From assembly GCA_054600435.1 (NCBI GenBank), contig BAAIJX010000018.1:310001-374000 (forward strand): a stretch of 64,000 nt of DNA, read 5' to 3'. A program made the position numbers and the translations under genes. Below, piece by piece: positions 10,916 to 22,700 of this stretch. Within the stretch, counting starts at the first letter, position 1. The number at the start of each line of letters is the position of its first letter. The notes beneath the pieces were generated by a model. That model did no database searches. It saw nothing but the letters and a program-made list of their open reading frames with translations, and was not told the origin of the DNA. This stretch comes from Neophaeotheca triangularis. Lineage: Eukaryota.

Positions 10916-11293
10916 ACGACGAAGAAAGGTAGACGGCCTAAAGCCTAGGTAATATGACCTCGAGGTCATGTTATAATGAGTTTTCAACTTGGAATGAGAG
11001 CTAATCATTTGAAAAACTTGGCCAAAGCGTCTTGTAAGAATGCCAGTATTAAAGCCCGAGGCAAGCTCGGGCAATTAGATCTCCATAGAGTATTTGACGG
11101 ATGGAGCAATACATTAGAAGTGTCGTCCGAATAAGCTCATCCTCCCTTGCCCAAAACAGCGGAGGAGTAACAATTCACAGTGGAGGATCCACTTGCCTTT
11201 CTAAGACGGCTCCCTTCCTTGCAGGTCCACGTTTTCGATGCCTATCCATTTGTTAGAATACCTACAACATCACTGATGGTCGAGCAATAAAAC

Positions 11294-12584
11294 ATGGACA
11301 TCCATCAAGGCGAAGCAAACACACCACAATTTCCTCGTCCCGAGATAACGTCGCACGATAAAGGACATGATAGGCAAATCGCGAACCACGACGAAGGCCC
11401 AGTACTTCCGCAGTTGGGGGACTCCTTCGTCAACTTTGACATTCTTCGAAACGTCGTCTACGACATAGCTGCCCGTAATGGCTGGACGCCGAGAGTGGCG
11501 AAACGCGATCGAAGGCAATTACGCATGCAATGCCGGCTCAATCAAAACCTGCCCATTCTTCATCAATGCCTTTGCTGGTGGACCAACAGACTACCCACGA
11601 GCGAGGTGGCCTTCTTAAGCCGGCAATTGCCAAAGTTTGATGAACATCACGAAAGAAATGGGTACACATGCCATTGTGGCTGCTGTACAGGAGCATTTCA
11701 AGACACCGATAAGTCTCGATAGGGCTAGCAAGGTCAAGCGCGAGATACGCACTGATCAATCAAATGGCGAGGCCCTACTGGCTCAACCAGCGCAACCAAA
11801 GCGCAAAACGGGAAGTTGGGCCCAGGGCTGTCAGCGGTGTGGTGAGCTTGGCCACAACAAGCGGACATGTTTTGAATCGCCGACTCCGAGAGAGCTTCGC
11901 GACGCCTCGCGAGATGGCGAAGCAAGGTCGCGACCGCAAGGCTGCAGTCGCTGTAGTGAAATTGGGCACAATGTGCGCAGCTGCCCTATACCGGCGTTGC
12001 CGGCGGACGACGGAAGCGATGGGTGCTCGTCTGATGCGTACGATTTGGGCTCGATAGAACCTTCTTTCACCCCTGGCTTCAACTTGATGGGTCCTATGCA
12101 ACCCCAGCGAGAGCTTGGAGAACTCTGTGTGATGAATGATACCGACTCCAATGATCTCGAAGGCAGCGTTCACTGCCGCCGCCAAACAGCGAATGCCACA
12201 CGGGCAGCGGTGCAAAATCGACGTTTGGAAGAAAGCAGGCGTAGCACAATGCAGCAGCCCCAGGGCTCTTCTAATCAAGTAGCCGGCACGACCCAGTCGA
12301 CACAGATACCCGCCAATTTCCAACTCCAGCGCGCTCCACCAGATACTATCCAACAAGAGAGACCGGCACATCCGCAACACTCAACGCCCGTCAAAGCCGC
12401 CACACACCAAACACCCAACTTCAATGCCGACGAGGAGACAACTGAAGACGAGACCCGACTCCAAGCCATGCTAGAGCGAGAATCCAAACGAGCTCCAGTC
12501 GCTGAGATGAGATTGGAAATCGCTCGCTTGAAAGCCAGGACCGCGAAGTCGGAAGCCGAAGCGGCGGGTATTATGCAGGAATGA
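11294..12584 (+). pseudogene. MULE/MuDR-derived protein with two CCHC zinc knuckles; frame-disrupted or spliced
   Basis: N-terminal ORF 11294 resembles a MuDR N-terminal domain (F..LR..VY...GW.PRVAKRD...MQC), with CPFFI.A continuing in a shifted frame. ORF 11637-12584 has CQRCGELGHNKRTC and CSRCSEIGHNVRSC. No DDE core seen; no RIP signature. Confidence 0.55.
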
Positions 12585-12834
12585 GTGAGGCTTGAACGCT
12601 CGTCAGGCAAGCGCGAAAAGGCCCTAGCTGCATTCGGCTTTCTGGTCAGTTGTGACAGCATGGTGGATACATCGATTGAACAAACAAGGACTTTCTGAAC
12701 GGCAGATCAGCACCTCAGCTTGAGAGCACAACGCTACCGCTACAGGTGCGACGCAAGCCACGTGCTTTCCAGACTCGCATGGATGCGGCCTCTTTCTTGC
12801 ACGAGTGGCCGCCGAGAAGGATTCACAAGCCTCA

Positions 12835-13116
12835 TTAGTGTCGTGGCAGACTTACCCACACGGCCTTCGCTGAGTCTGAGGCATCTCTCCTGGCGATCTT
12901 ATCTTCTTTCTCGCGCTGGTATCGACGTCCGTCAGCGGCGCCGGCTTGGAAAGATACGTCGAGGACTGCGAGCACTTGCTCATGGGTCAGTTGCGCCGTA
13001 CGCGCACGAATAGCCTTGGGGTATTTCTTTTCGTGGTGCGTCATTCGCTTAGCGGCATTCAGCGAACTTGCAATATCAATCAGCGCGTTTGCGATTATTA
13101 CGCGCGGTAGCGTCAT
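12835..13116 (-). CDS. Hypothetical small protein (93 aa)
   Basis: ATG-started ORF with plausible helical composition; no recognisable motif. Confidence 0.25.
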   Translation of the reverse strand: MTLPRVIIANALIDIASSLNAAKRMTHHEKKYPKAIRARTAQLTHEQVLAVLDVSFQAGAADGRRYQREKEDKIARRDASDSAKAVWVSLPRH

Positions 13117-13825
13117 TCAGTACTTTTGCTCGAACTGATTAACGATAATCTCAGCCTTGGCCGGCGGCGCGACGCCAGTGGCGGTGGGAGGGTTGAACAT
13201 AACGATGTCGGTGTGTAGGAACGGAAGTGATCGCGAAAGGCAGGTGTCGGGTTATAAGCTACGATGAGGCAGTCACAAGTGCAATCTGTCGATGCGCGAG
13301 TGAGGAGTTGCTCCTGGCGCTTCTGGTTAGACTGGTTAGAAAGGGGCAGCCGCTGCTGAAGCACTGTCACGAGTGCAAATTTCCTACAATGGGTGAGGTT
13401 CTCTGGCGCATCTTGGTGAGAGGGCGTAGCCGCTACCCGATAATGGAGCGAGTGGCGAATGCAGAGCCGTTTCCCTCCTGTAAGGCCATGTAATGAGAGT
13501 CTTAAGTCACCCAGTTGCATCGCTAGTGGCCAAGAATCCTGGAGCGGTTGGTAGTCCAGTTTCTGTCGTTTGCAATCCGCTTGCTCCCCGACAATCTGGC
13601 TCGCCAAACGATGCGGTTTTCGACCCTCCTCGCCATTGCACAGGGGCCTCCCAGGATTCCAGAAAGTCACGTCACACTGGAACCACGAAATCCTCAAAAA
13701 TTTCAGAGAAAGAGAGTCATCTCGCATTCAAGCACGCTGTAGACGTAGTCTCCCCTCTAAAAAAGAACAGAGAAGGGCTCTCCACCCACTCTCCTCACAA
13801 CCTCAAATCCATCCCATTTCATCCT

Positions 13826-14502
13826 CTACGAGCTCTCCTCAGCCTGCGCGGCCTTCCTGGCCTTGGCGCCCCTGGGCTTGGTGGGCTTCCTGTCCTTCTT
13901 GTTGCGCTGGGTCTGCTTGACGGTGGAAGCGCGAGCGACGGCCTCCTTGCGAAGGTCGGCCCTGTAGCCCTTGGCGGCGGTGCTGTTGACGACGCTCTTG
14001 GAGATTTTGCGCGACGGGGTCGAGGCGGAGAAGGAAGAGTTTTGGTACCTGCATTTCCCACCAGTGTCAGCTTCGTCTGCTCTTGTGTGCGACCTCTCCC
14101 ATTCTCATATCTTCCCAGCTCTTGCTTTGGTCGGTTGTAGGGGTGTTTGGGTTCACGCACATCTTGGCGGGCCTGTTCTTCTGCTTGGGGAGCTTGGTGG
14201 TCATGGAGACGGTGTTGCCGTCGGCGTTGATGCCAATGGCTTGGTCGTTGCAGTAGCCCTCGTACTTGCGGCTGTGCTTGTTGACAAGGTTCATAGGGTC
14301 GCGGGAGAACTGGACGCCACCGGACTGCTTGCGCTTGCAGAGGAAGGCATTCTGCTTGCCTGTATATCAAATAACGGGGTGTTGGTCAGTTTTCTCGTCC
14401 TCAATGGTAGGCGTGCTGTATTTTCGCGCGGGATTTGTTGGACGCACGGGTAACCTCGTAGATGAGGTCCGGGGAGATGTTCTCGTAGGAGGTGGTGGAC
14501 AT
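13826..14502 (-). CDS. rpl28: 60S ribosomal protein eL28 (3 exons: 14502-14448, 14359-14161, 14048-13826)
   Basis: Spliced product MSTTSYENISPDLIYEVTR-KQNAFLCKRKQSGGVQFSRDPMNLVNKHSRKY...KGYRADLRKEAVARAS. GT-AG introns. Confidence 0.93.
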
Positions 14503-14898
14503 TTTGGCGGTGTGGTGTTCGGGGGTTGGTGTCGTTGGCTTCGAGGGGCACTGTTTCTGGCGCACGGCGTAACCTGCAATGTTGTCGTCGCTGCACACTC
14601 GCTTGCTGTGGGCGAACTCTCGCTTATTCTCTTGGCACTTGTTATCGGCGCGTCGGCGTTATCAGGGCTGGTCGGCAGAGCTCCGACGACCAGCTCCGCC
14701 AGGCTTGGTGCTTGTGTGACTTAATAAAGGTCGATGCCTCTGCTCCAGGGACTGGCACTCCTAACCACCGCGAGACCACATGTTCTGACAGAGCGACAGG
14801 GCACACTTGCCCGCAGCTATCCAACTCGCCTCCTACAGCTTCCAACGTGTAATACTGTTAATTAACCGCAATCCACTCTCTCCAACTACGCCGCAGCC

Positions 14899-15400
14899 AT
14901 GGCTTACCTCTTCTACACCATTGTCTTCGTTCTCCTCATCTTCGCTTCTGGTACGAAGAAAGCCCCTTGAACTAAGCCTCCGCCCACCACTAAAATCCCT
15001 CCTAGTTCTCTACTTCACCCGGGAAACCTGGCGCCCCCTCGCCCCACCAATCCCTTACCTCACCGCGCCAGGAACGATCCCCGCCCCCCTCTACGATCTC
15101 TCCCAACGCCTCTCAAACTTCACAGACTCCTTCCGCTACTCCCGTTTACCCACGACCTTTGCCGGCGATGCAGAATCTGGGCTCCAGAGCAGCAATTTCA
15201 ACCTCTCCGAGAACATCGAAGCGGGCGATTCAAGGGGTGGGCTCGACGAGGCCGGGAAGCGCGAGGTGCTGAGTATTATGCGTAGAAGGGGTTGTACGTT
15301 TGATGAGGCAAGGAGGGAGTTTGTGGAGGAGAGGTTTGGGAGGGAGGGGATCGGAAGGGATGGTAGGCCGTTGGATCGGAAGGCTGTTATGTTCTCTTGA
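14899..15400 (+). CDS. DUF2015 / UPF0357 (YCL012C-like) small membrane protein (exons 14899-14950, 15006-15400)
   Basis: N-terminal TM helix MAYLFYTIVFVLLIFASVLYFTR. Conserved F..D.E.GL.SSNF.L..NI..GDSR.GLD...FDEAR...GIG.DGRP.D.K.V.FS C-terminus. Confidence 0.85.
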
Positions 15401-17126
15401 TGGCTGGGAGTATGAGAACGGGTTGCTCTTTCTCTTGTCTGGGTTTCATTTCGAGAGCAAGGAGTTTGGTATCGGTTAATACTCCACGATGGCGGGTTCT
15501 TATGCTCCTTTCCAACATACATAAGACCCCGATCTCAAAAGAGTGACGCCATAGAACCCTTCGAGGTCTTGCGCGAAGCCACAAACTACCTTGACGTTGT
15601 GCTCGCAAGCCTTCCAGTTTCTGCCATATTCCAGCCAACGCAGCAAACAAGCTCAACACCAACCGCCCCTACGAAGCCGGCATCGCGACATACCGGCCAT
15701 TTTCTATCATCCGCCCCCAGAAATGCTTGCAATACTGGCTTTATTTATGCTTCCAATCCAATTGCAAGTTCCACGTGCCAACACGCCCTTCACCATTCAC
15801 TACTATGAAGCTTGCTCCACAAATCTGCGCATAATCTACACCTCTCACATCGCCCCAGGCGTCGACCACGGCGCGGAAAACTACCACGGATTTTTCGCAA
15901 TAAAATTTCCGCGTCCTTGAAATCAATCAGTACTTAAAACAGCTGTACGAACGATCAGTTGCTTAGAAGGACAAATTAGGTATGTTAATTACGGTAGCTA
16001 CGTGCATATATTTCGCGGGTCTTGGAGGGTATAAAGCTGGCTTTTCTTTCGTTTAGTTACATTCTCTGTAAGGATAAAAGTCGAAGGCATGAAGTGGGAA
16101 CGGAGGAAGGGGGGAAAGTGACGAGAGCGAGTTTCGGATATAGCGCACTATTTTAATAACAGCAAAGTTCTATTCTTTTCGACGATCAGTTACTTCGAGA
16201 ACACAAAGATAGATTTGGGATCCTACTCCTTAGACTCTCATTTAGGGTAGATATGGAGGACATAGTGCTATGAGCAGACTCGGGGGAGGAGAAGAAAGCA
16301 ACGAGAGCCGGTTACACATTAAGATCGCTGTAGTGTGATAACAATCACGTTTGCTTAGAGTTGTTCAATGATCTTTTAAGACAGAGGTGTGTTTGTCGCC
16401 TAAAAGATCTGCTGATACTAGCTTTCTTCGCTAACGGCCCATTCTTCTTCCCTACTACGAGAAGGTTTTTGGTGCAATTCACCCATCGAGCAAGCTCTTT
16501 GCTGTCGAACATGTCAGGCAGAAGTGCTGCAAGGGTCTAGGGCTTGCTGAGTCGGTGGCTATGATCAGTGTGTGTATGTGGAAGAAAGCGTCGCGTCTCG
16601 AAGGCCTCCACTTGGCCTGAGAAGGTTTCGCAGACTCGCTCTGGGCATGGTGCGGCTCGCACTTAGAAGCCCTGATACGGGAGGATTACATCTTCGCCAT
16701 ACCGTCTGTCTCCGCGATGATTTCTCGGTCTCACCTGACGAGAGTATAAAGGGGCGTGTCTCAATGTCGATCTGCCCAGGCTCCCAACTTCAGCTTCGCT
16801 CTGTCAAAGATGCAGCTTTAACTCTCTTCAAGGCTCGTGATAGCCCATGACGAAGAGCCTCAGTATATTGGAAAAATGTGTGAGGCAGAACGTTGTCTCA
16901 GAGCCTTCTGACTCGTATAGGTTGGAGTATAGTACATTGGTACAAACGGCCTGCGCCCTCATCGCACCTGGCAGTGCAGGCCTTCCGTGGCCTATCTTCA
17001 CACCCTGGCGCCACTCTGCGCGCGTCAGGCGCCGCAGTGTCTTTTGCCGCCTTCGTATCCTACACATGTCCACCGGGTGTGCTGTACAGCTCTTACATCC
17101 TTATCCTCCACCTACTCGGGATCCGC

Positions 17127-17488
17127 TTACGTGGCGAGGGGAGAGAACAGCCTGTCAAGTTGTCAGTTTCCCGTATCATTTATCCTGCTGCGTCTCTTCT
17201 CTTCCTCGTAGATGGGATGACTGACCGGACGAGCGAGGGTCTCGGGTTGCTGCGGGAGTAGCCAAGGTAAAGGATCAGGGGGAGGTATCCGCTGCGACAT
17301 AGTTAGATCGGGACCGCGGGGGAGCAGTAGGCGTGGTATTCAAGGCATACTAGTGAACTGCGACGCGGGAGAAGTCGAGGATGCGGGAGATTCTCTCCTG
17401 GTTTTGATGTCAGTGGGAGGCGCTGGGTTCGTAGGAACCGTGTGTGGCGTACCTTGGTCTCCTCGGAGAACTGCAACATGCCGGCCAT
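17127..17488 (-). CDS. tom7: Mitochondrial import receptor subunit Tom7 (4 exons: 17488-17453, 17397-17351, 17291-17226, 17151-17127)
   Basis: Spliced product [57 protein letters not shown]. All introns GT-AG. Confidence 0.92.
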
Positions 17489-17761
17489 TTTGGGGAAGAA
17501 GTTGTTTGTGGTGGTAGAGGTAACTCGCAGTGCTGTTTGTCTGATAGAGGTGTGGTAGGTTTCGATCCGTGAGGCTTGAACATTCATCTCAGAAGCCTTG
17601 GCCTTCGCATCTGCAGCGGCCGGGGCTACTTCGGCAAAGTTTTGATAGAAGCTATGACCACATAAGATTTCACGATAACCTCGACTCAAGGTACCGCGAC
17701 CTCACTCCTCACTCGACCGACGTTCATACCAAAACACACCAAACCAGCAACGAAGCGCACA

Positions 17762-18960
17762 ATGTCGTCGACCAAACACTGGTGAGTATCAAGAACATGT
17801 CTGACTCCGAAGACTCCCAAATTGACCTTCCGTCTGCGCCTGACAGGGAGCAGGACAAGGACGCCACGCTTTACGTTGGCAACCTCGACGAGCGCGTGAC
17901 AGATGGACTAGTCTACGAACTCATGACCCAGGCTGCCGTTGTTCGCAACGTTCACTTGCCCAAGGACCGCGTGACCCAGAACCACCAAGGCTACGGATTC
18001 GTGGAGTTCGCTGACGAGGAAAACGCCGACTATGCCGCCAAGCTCATGAACGGCATTCGCCTCAATGGCAAGCCGATTCGCGTCAACAAGGCTTCTGCAG
18101 ACCGCAGAGCCGGACCGGGAGGTCAGGATCCGCTTGTTGGTGTTGGTGCCGAGCTCTTCGTTGGTAACCTAGATGCCACCGTCGACGAAAAGACGCTCTA
18201 CGAAACCTTCTCCCGCTTCGGTCCTCTCGTTGCCGCCCCCAAGGTTGCCAAGGACCAGGAGACCAACCTCAGCAAAGGCTACGGCTTCATCTCATACGCG
18301 TCGTTCGAGGCCAGTGACGACGCTATCAACACTATGCACGGCAAGCTCTTCAGCAACAAGGAGATCGTTGTTCAATATGCCTACAAGAAAGACGGCCACG
18401 GTGAGCGTCACGGTGACGAGGCTGAGCGTGCTCTTGCCGCTGCTGCTGCTCAGAACGGCGTCAAGTTCGAGATTCCAGCCCTTCCTGCTTCTCTCGTCCT
18501 ACCAAACTCGACCCCTACCGCTCCTCAAGGCATGCAGAACGGTTTCGGTGGTCCCCCTCAACGTCCGATGGGTGGCCCACCCGCCGGTCCCCCAGGCTAC
18601 GGCGGCTACGGCGGTGGCTACAACCCTTCCCCAGGCCCCTACGGCATGCCCAACGGAGCCCCACCAACCGGTCCAAGTGGCGGTATGCCCCCACCAAGCC
18701 GCAACTACGCCCAGTCGCCTCTCCAAGCCCCTTCCCCATCCCACAACCTACCACCCCGTCCTCCACCATCCTCAGGCGGCTACGGAGGCCCACAATCCGC
18801 TCCAGGCATGGCCCCACCCCAAGGAATGCCTCCAGGCGGTATGCCCCCGGGCTTCAGCGGCATGCCACCAGGCGCTCCCGGCATGGGTCCGCCAGGCATG
18901 CAAGGTCCCCCTGGCTACGGCCGAGGTGCACCCAACGGCTACTCTCCCCAGCAGCGCTAG
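17762..18960 (+). CDS. hsh49: Splicing factor 3B subunit 4 (SF3B4/SAP49/Hsh49); exons 17762-17781, 17847-18960
   Basis: MSSTKHWEQDKDATLYVGNLDER. Two RRMs (HQGYGFVEF, SKGYGFISY) and a Pro/Gly-rich tail. Confidence 0.93.
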
Positions 18961-19797
18961 TCGCGCCGCTAAAGACGAGGTTCCCACGACGAGCCTCCTC
19001 TTGCACAAGTCACGAACTATAACAACAGAGGCGTTCATGGTCAAAGGCGTATGCGTGTACACTACGGGAGCGAGCGAAAAGCCGGGTTAGCATAGCATCA
19101 AGGCGTTAAGCATAGGGCGCCAGGGCTGGGCGGGTTGCTTGCTTGCTTGCAAAACGACGATACCCATACCGCGGAAGCGGTGGCGATGCATGTGCACACA
19201 CGGTACAGTTCTTAGGGTTGAGAAGCGAATCGCGGTAGGTGATGCTTTCACTTAGGGAAGCTGCACATACTACGGAATCAACCATGTTTCAAAAGCCTTT
19301 GGTGTCTTGTTCCTTTCAACCTTGCGCAACTCAGGTGTCTTCGCGTGTCCCTGTCCGACGGACTGCCGTACATAAGTAGACTGCAGATTTGTAAATCAGC
19401 AGTGCGTATGACAATCTCTTGGAGCGGACTACCGCTCCTGCAATTCCCGTCTACTTCATTTCTAGCTGTGTAGTCTTGCTCGTGCGGTACCAACTTGCAA
19501 AGATTATCAGATTCGTCCCATGCCTCGAGGCGCCGACTTACACAGTAAGGTATCGCACATCTCGGCAATCGACCTCTTCGCGACGAAGCGCCTTTCGTGT
19601 CTTCCCTTTCATACAACGAGCTGCTGGAATGTAGGCAAGGGTGCAAAGCGACACGGTTCATCATTTGTTCTTTCGATTAAGCTATATAACTTCCCATAGC
19701 CACCGCGTGTCCTCGTGCTACGTAACATCAACTTCCTGCAAACCTCGACGACCAGCTCTTGACAAAGCCACAGCATCGCCTCTGACTCAACGTTCGT

Positions 19798-22700
19798 TCA
19801 ACGCCAAAAGTGCCACACGCCGCGACTTTTGCTCTTGCCAGCAATACTGCTTTGCCTCACCGAGCTGCTCATCCTCCCAGCGCTCGGACTTTCGGGCTCT
19901 GGACGCCTGGCGGGAATGGAATCCTCCCCATCGCTCTCATCCTCCTCGATCTCTATTGGCGTCTTGATGGCTCCCGTGCCCGTGTTCTTTCCACCCTCAT
20001 CCGCGTCAACCTCGTCAGCCCCACCGCGGTTCGTGGCAACGTGGCTGCTGTACCGGTCTTGGTCTGCATCCTCGCCCCGGATGTTGGAAACTCCGTTGAC
20101 GGGGCTTGAGTTGGTAGTGCCGGCGACCTGAGGCCCTCGGCCCGTTTCCTGCTCGCCGTCGACGTCCGTGGCACCTTCTGGAGGATGCACATCGTCTTCA
20201 GGGAACGAAGGGGATGTGGGTTTGGAAGCAACACGGGGAGTGCTGGCCAAGGCGTGCAGTAGGCCTTTGACGCCAGTTGCTGGCATCGTGGAAGCCGGTG
20301 GGGCTTGGAAGTGGCGAGAAACGTCTGGTAGACCGTTGACAGACGTTGAGCCTGCAGGTATTGCAGTCGACGGCAAACGAGCTGCTGCCGCTGAGAGGAG
20401 GTTCGGCATGCCCGCCGGGTTGGCTGCGAAGGCAGTTTGGGCAAGGTTGGTCGGCAAAGTCGAAGGCGCGGCGCCACCTTCTAGGTTCGGACGCTTGATC
20501 TTCCGCATTTCGTTGAGCGCAATCTCCTGGTCGACCTCGTATTTTTCCTCTGGGGTAAGATCGGGTGTGTGCTCTTCTCCCCGGAGAAGAGTCTCGAACG
20601 TCGTCAGCGCTCGGATCTGACAATCAGGGTTCCGGATAAGCTTGTCCATGACCTGCTCATCAAGCCCAAGATGGACATCAACGTCTTGTTGTGGTACATC
20701 CTTGGGCTCGAAAAGCCACTCGGCGCCAGCAGATTTCATTGTGTGGCGCTCAGAATTCTTCTTGTCCACGACCTTCTTCGACAGCGAGGTCTTGTAGATT
20801 TGTTGATCGTACAGCTTCTTCTCAAAGGTGCCTCCGGCAACGAAACGGTAGACGAAGACTGCCTTTTGCTGACCCATGCGGTACGCCCTCCCGATAGCCT
20901 GCTCTTCCCACGCAGGATTGAAGCCGGAGTCCATGATGATGACTCTGTTCGCAGTTTGCATGTTGAATCCTACACCGCCGGCGCGAGTGGAGATCAGGAT
21001 GACATCGTGCTGTTTGTGCTTGAATTCCTCCAAGATTCTGAACCGGTCCGACATGGTGACACTGCCATCGATATAAGCGTAGTTGGTATTGTTAGTCGAC
21101 AAGAGCTGCTTCAGATATCGAAGAGTCGGAAGAGATTGCGAGAAGATCAGCACTTTGTCTTTGACGGCCTCAGAGTGCTGGAGAATTTGCGTAAGGATGG
21201 CGGTTTTGGCCGAGAGAGACTGGTCAAGACTGCTAGTCAAGTCCTCAAGAAGGCCAACAACCGTGTCTTCCTTGAAGCCCAAAGTGTACATGTCGACGTC
21301 GAAGATCTGCTCGGCTTCGTGCTCGGCTTCAGGGTTGTCAGCCCCTTCTTGTGCACCATCCACCGCGATCTCAGTTGTGTCGTCCGTGACTTTCTCTTGC
21401 CGAGTTTTCCCCTTCTTGGCTTTCGACGCAACATATTTTGGAGTCTTCAGCTTCTCACGGTAGGCGAATGGATGATTGGTCAGTAAGGCGAGTGTTGCCA
21501 ACCAGGAGAACAATGTCGTCTGGCCAACTTGTTCATCCGCGTTACGGCCGGTGAGTAAGACTTGAACGAATTTCCGATATGCTGCATCTTGCACTTCTGT
21601 AAGCGGCACAGTGACCAGGAACTCTACTTTTGGCGGCAAAGCGCCCTTCATGACAGTAATGTCCGCGCGGTTCACTTTCGGGGCAATCTGATGCCACAGA
21701 ATGTGCAGTCTTTTGTTGCCTTTGCGAACTTCTCCGTAGGTGGCATCAGCAAAGCCAGCCGCCTCGATCGGCCCCTGGTAGCGATCGCGAAAGTCGGCCT
21801 CGTCCCCCAGATATCCGGGTGCAACCCAATTGACCAAAGCAAATGCCTCGCCTAGGTTGTTGCTCATCGGTGTGCCTGTCAATGCTACGCGGCTAGGAGT
21901 TTCAAGGCGGTGAGCCAATTGTGTGAGACTAGAATTCTTGTTTTTGATAGCCTGGGCTTCATCCATGATAACGATGTCAGGACCCTCAAGCAACATCTTG
22001 TAGATGCGAGCGATGGTATCCTTATCGTATCTAGAAGGTTTTGCCTTCTTGTCGGAGTTTTGGGAGAGCAAGCTTCGAAAGAGACTGTGCCCGATCACGA
22101 GAAGACCGCCGAGTTTGTACCAGTACTCTAACGATTCGGTGGGCTCCGGTTGGCCTAGGCCTGCTTCAATCGAAATGACTGGGTCTAGGTTCTTGCAACT
22201 CCATGTTTCAATCTCACGTAACCAGTTTGTGATGATGTTTGGAGGGCAAAGTACCATCATTCTCGGCGGTCTTTTCTTATGCCACCGGAGGTGCGGAGGG
22301 AGTTGCGCGACAATGTCCTTGTTCTTCGAACGGGCGGCTTCCGTCAGGGCAACAAGCAGGGCAACAGCTTGCATCGTCTTGCCTAGACCCATGGTGTGAG
22401 CTAGGACGCAACCTTGGCTCTCGGATTCAGAAGCGTCGGCCGTGATCTCTCGCCACATAGACCGCACACCGTCAACCTGATGCGGCTTCAGCTTCTTGGC
22501 GAGTAGTGGGTGGATTACATGCTGCGTTTCAACAGGCTCCATGGGGTTGATGGCAATGCTGAATTCCTCGTCAATCTCGCTCGCTAAGACCCCTCGCGCG
22601 GTTTGCGAGTCCTCTTGTGACTCTTTCGCAGCTTGGAAGCGTTTTTGACGGGCTAGGGCGTTGGCAACCTTCTTCTTGGCGTTCTGTTTGACCTGCTTTC

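Noticed and set aside
13113..14852. Many overlapping ORFs around rpl28
   Set aside because: Alternative-frame or antisense shadows of a GC-rich, codon-biased spliced gene.
15950..16450. Mildly AT/TA-rich intergenic stretch, possible old repeat relic
   Set aside because: No termini, TSD or recognisable domain found by eye.
17569..17761. N-terminal extension of the 463-aa ORF for SF3B4
   Set aside because: The conserved start MSSTKHW-EQDK is obtained from ATG 17762 with a GT-AG intron; the extension is read-through of UTR and intron.
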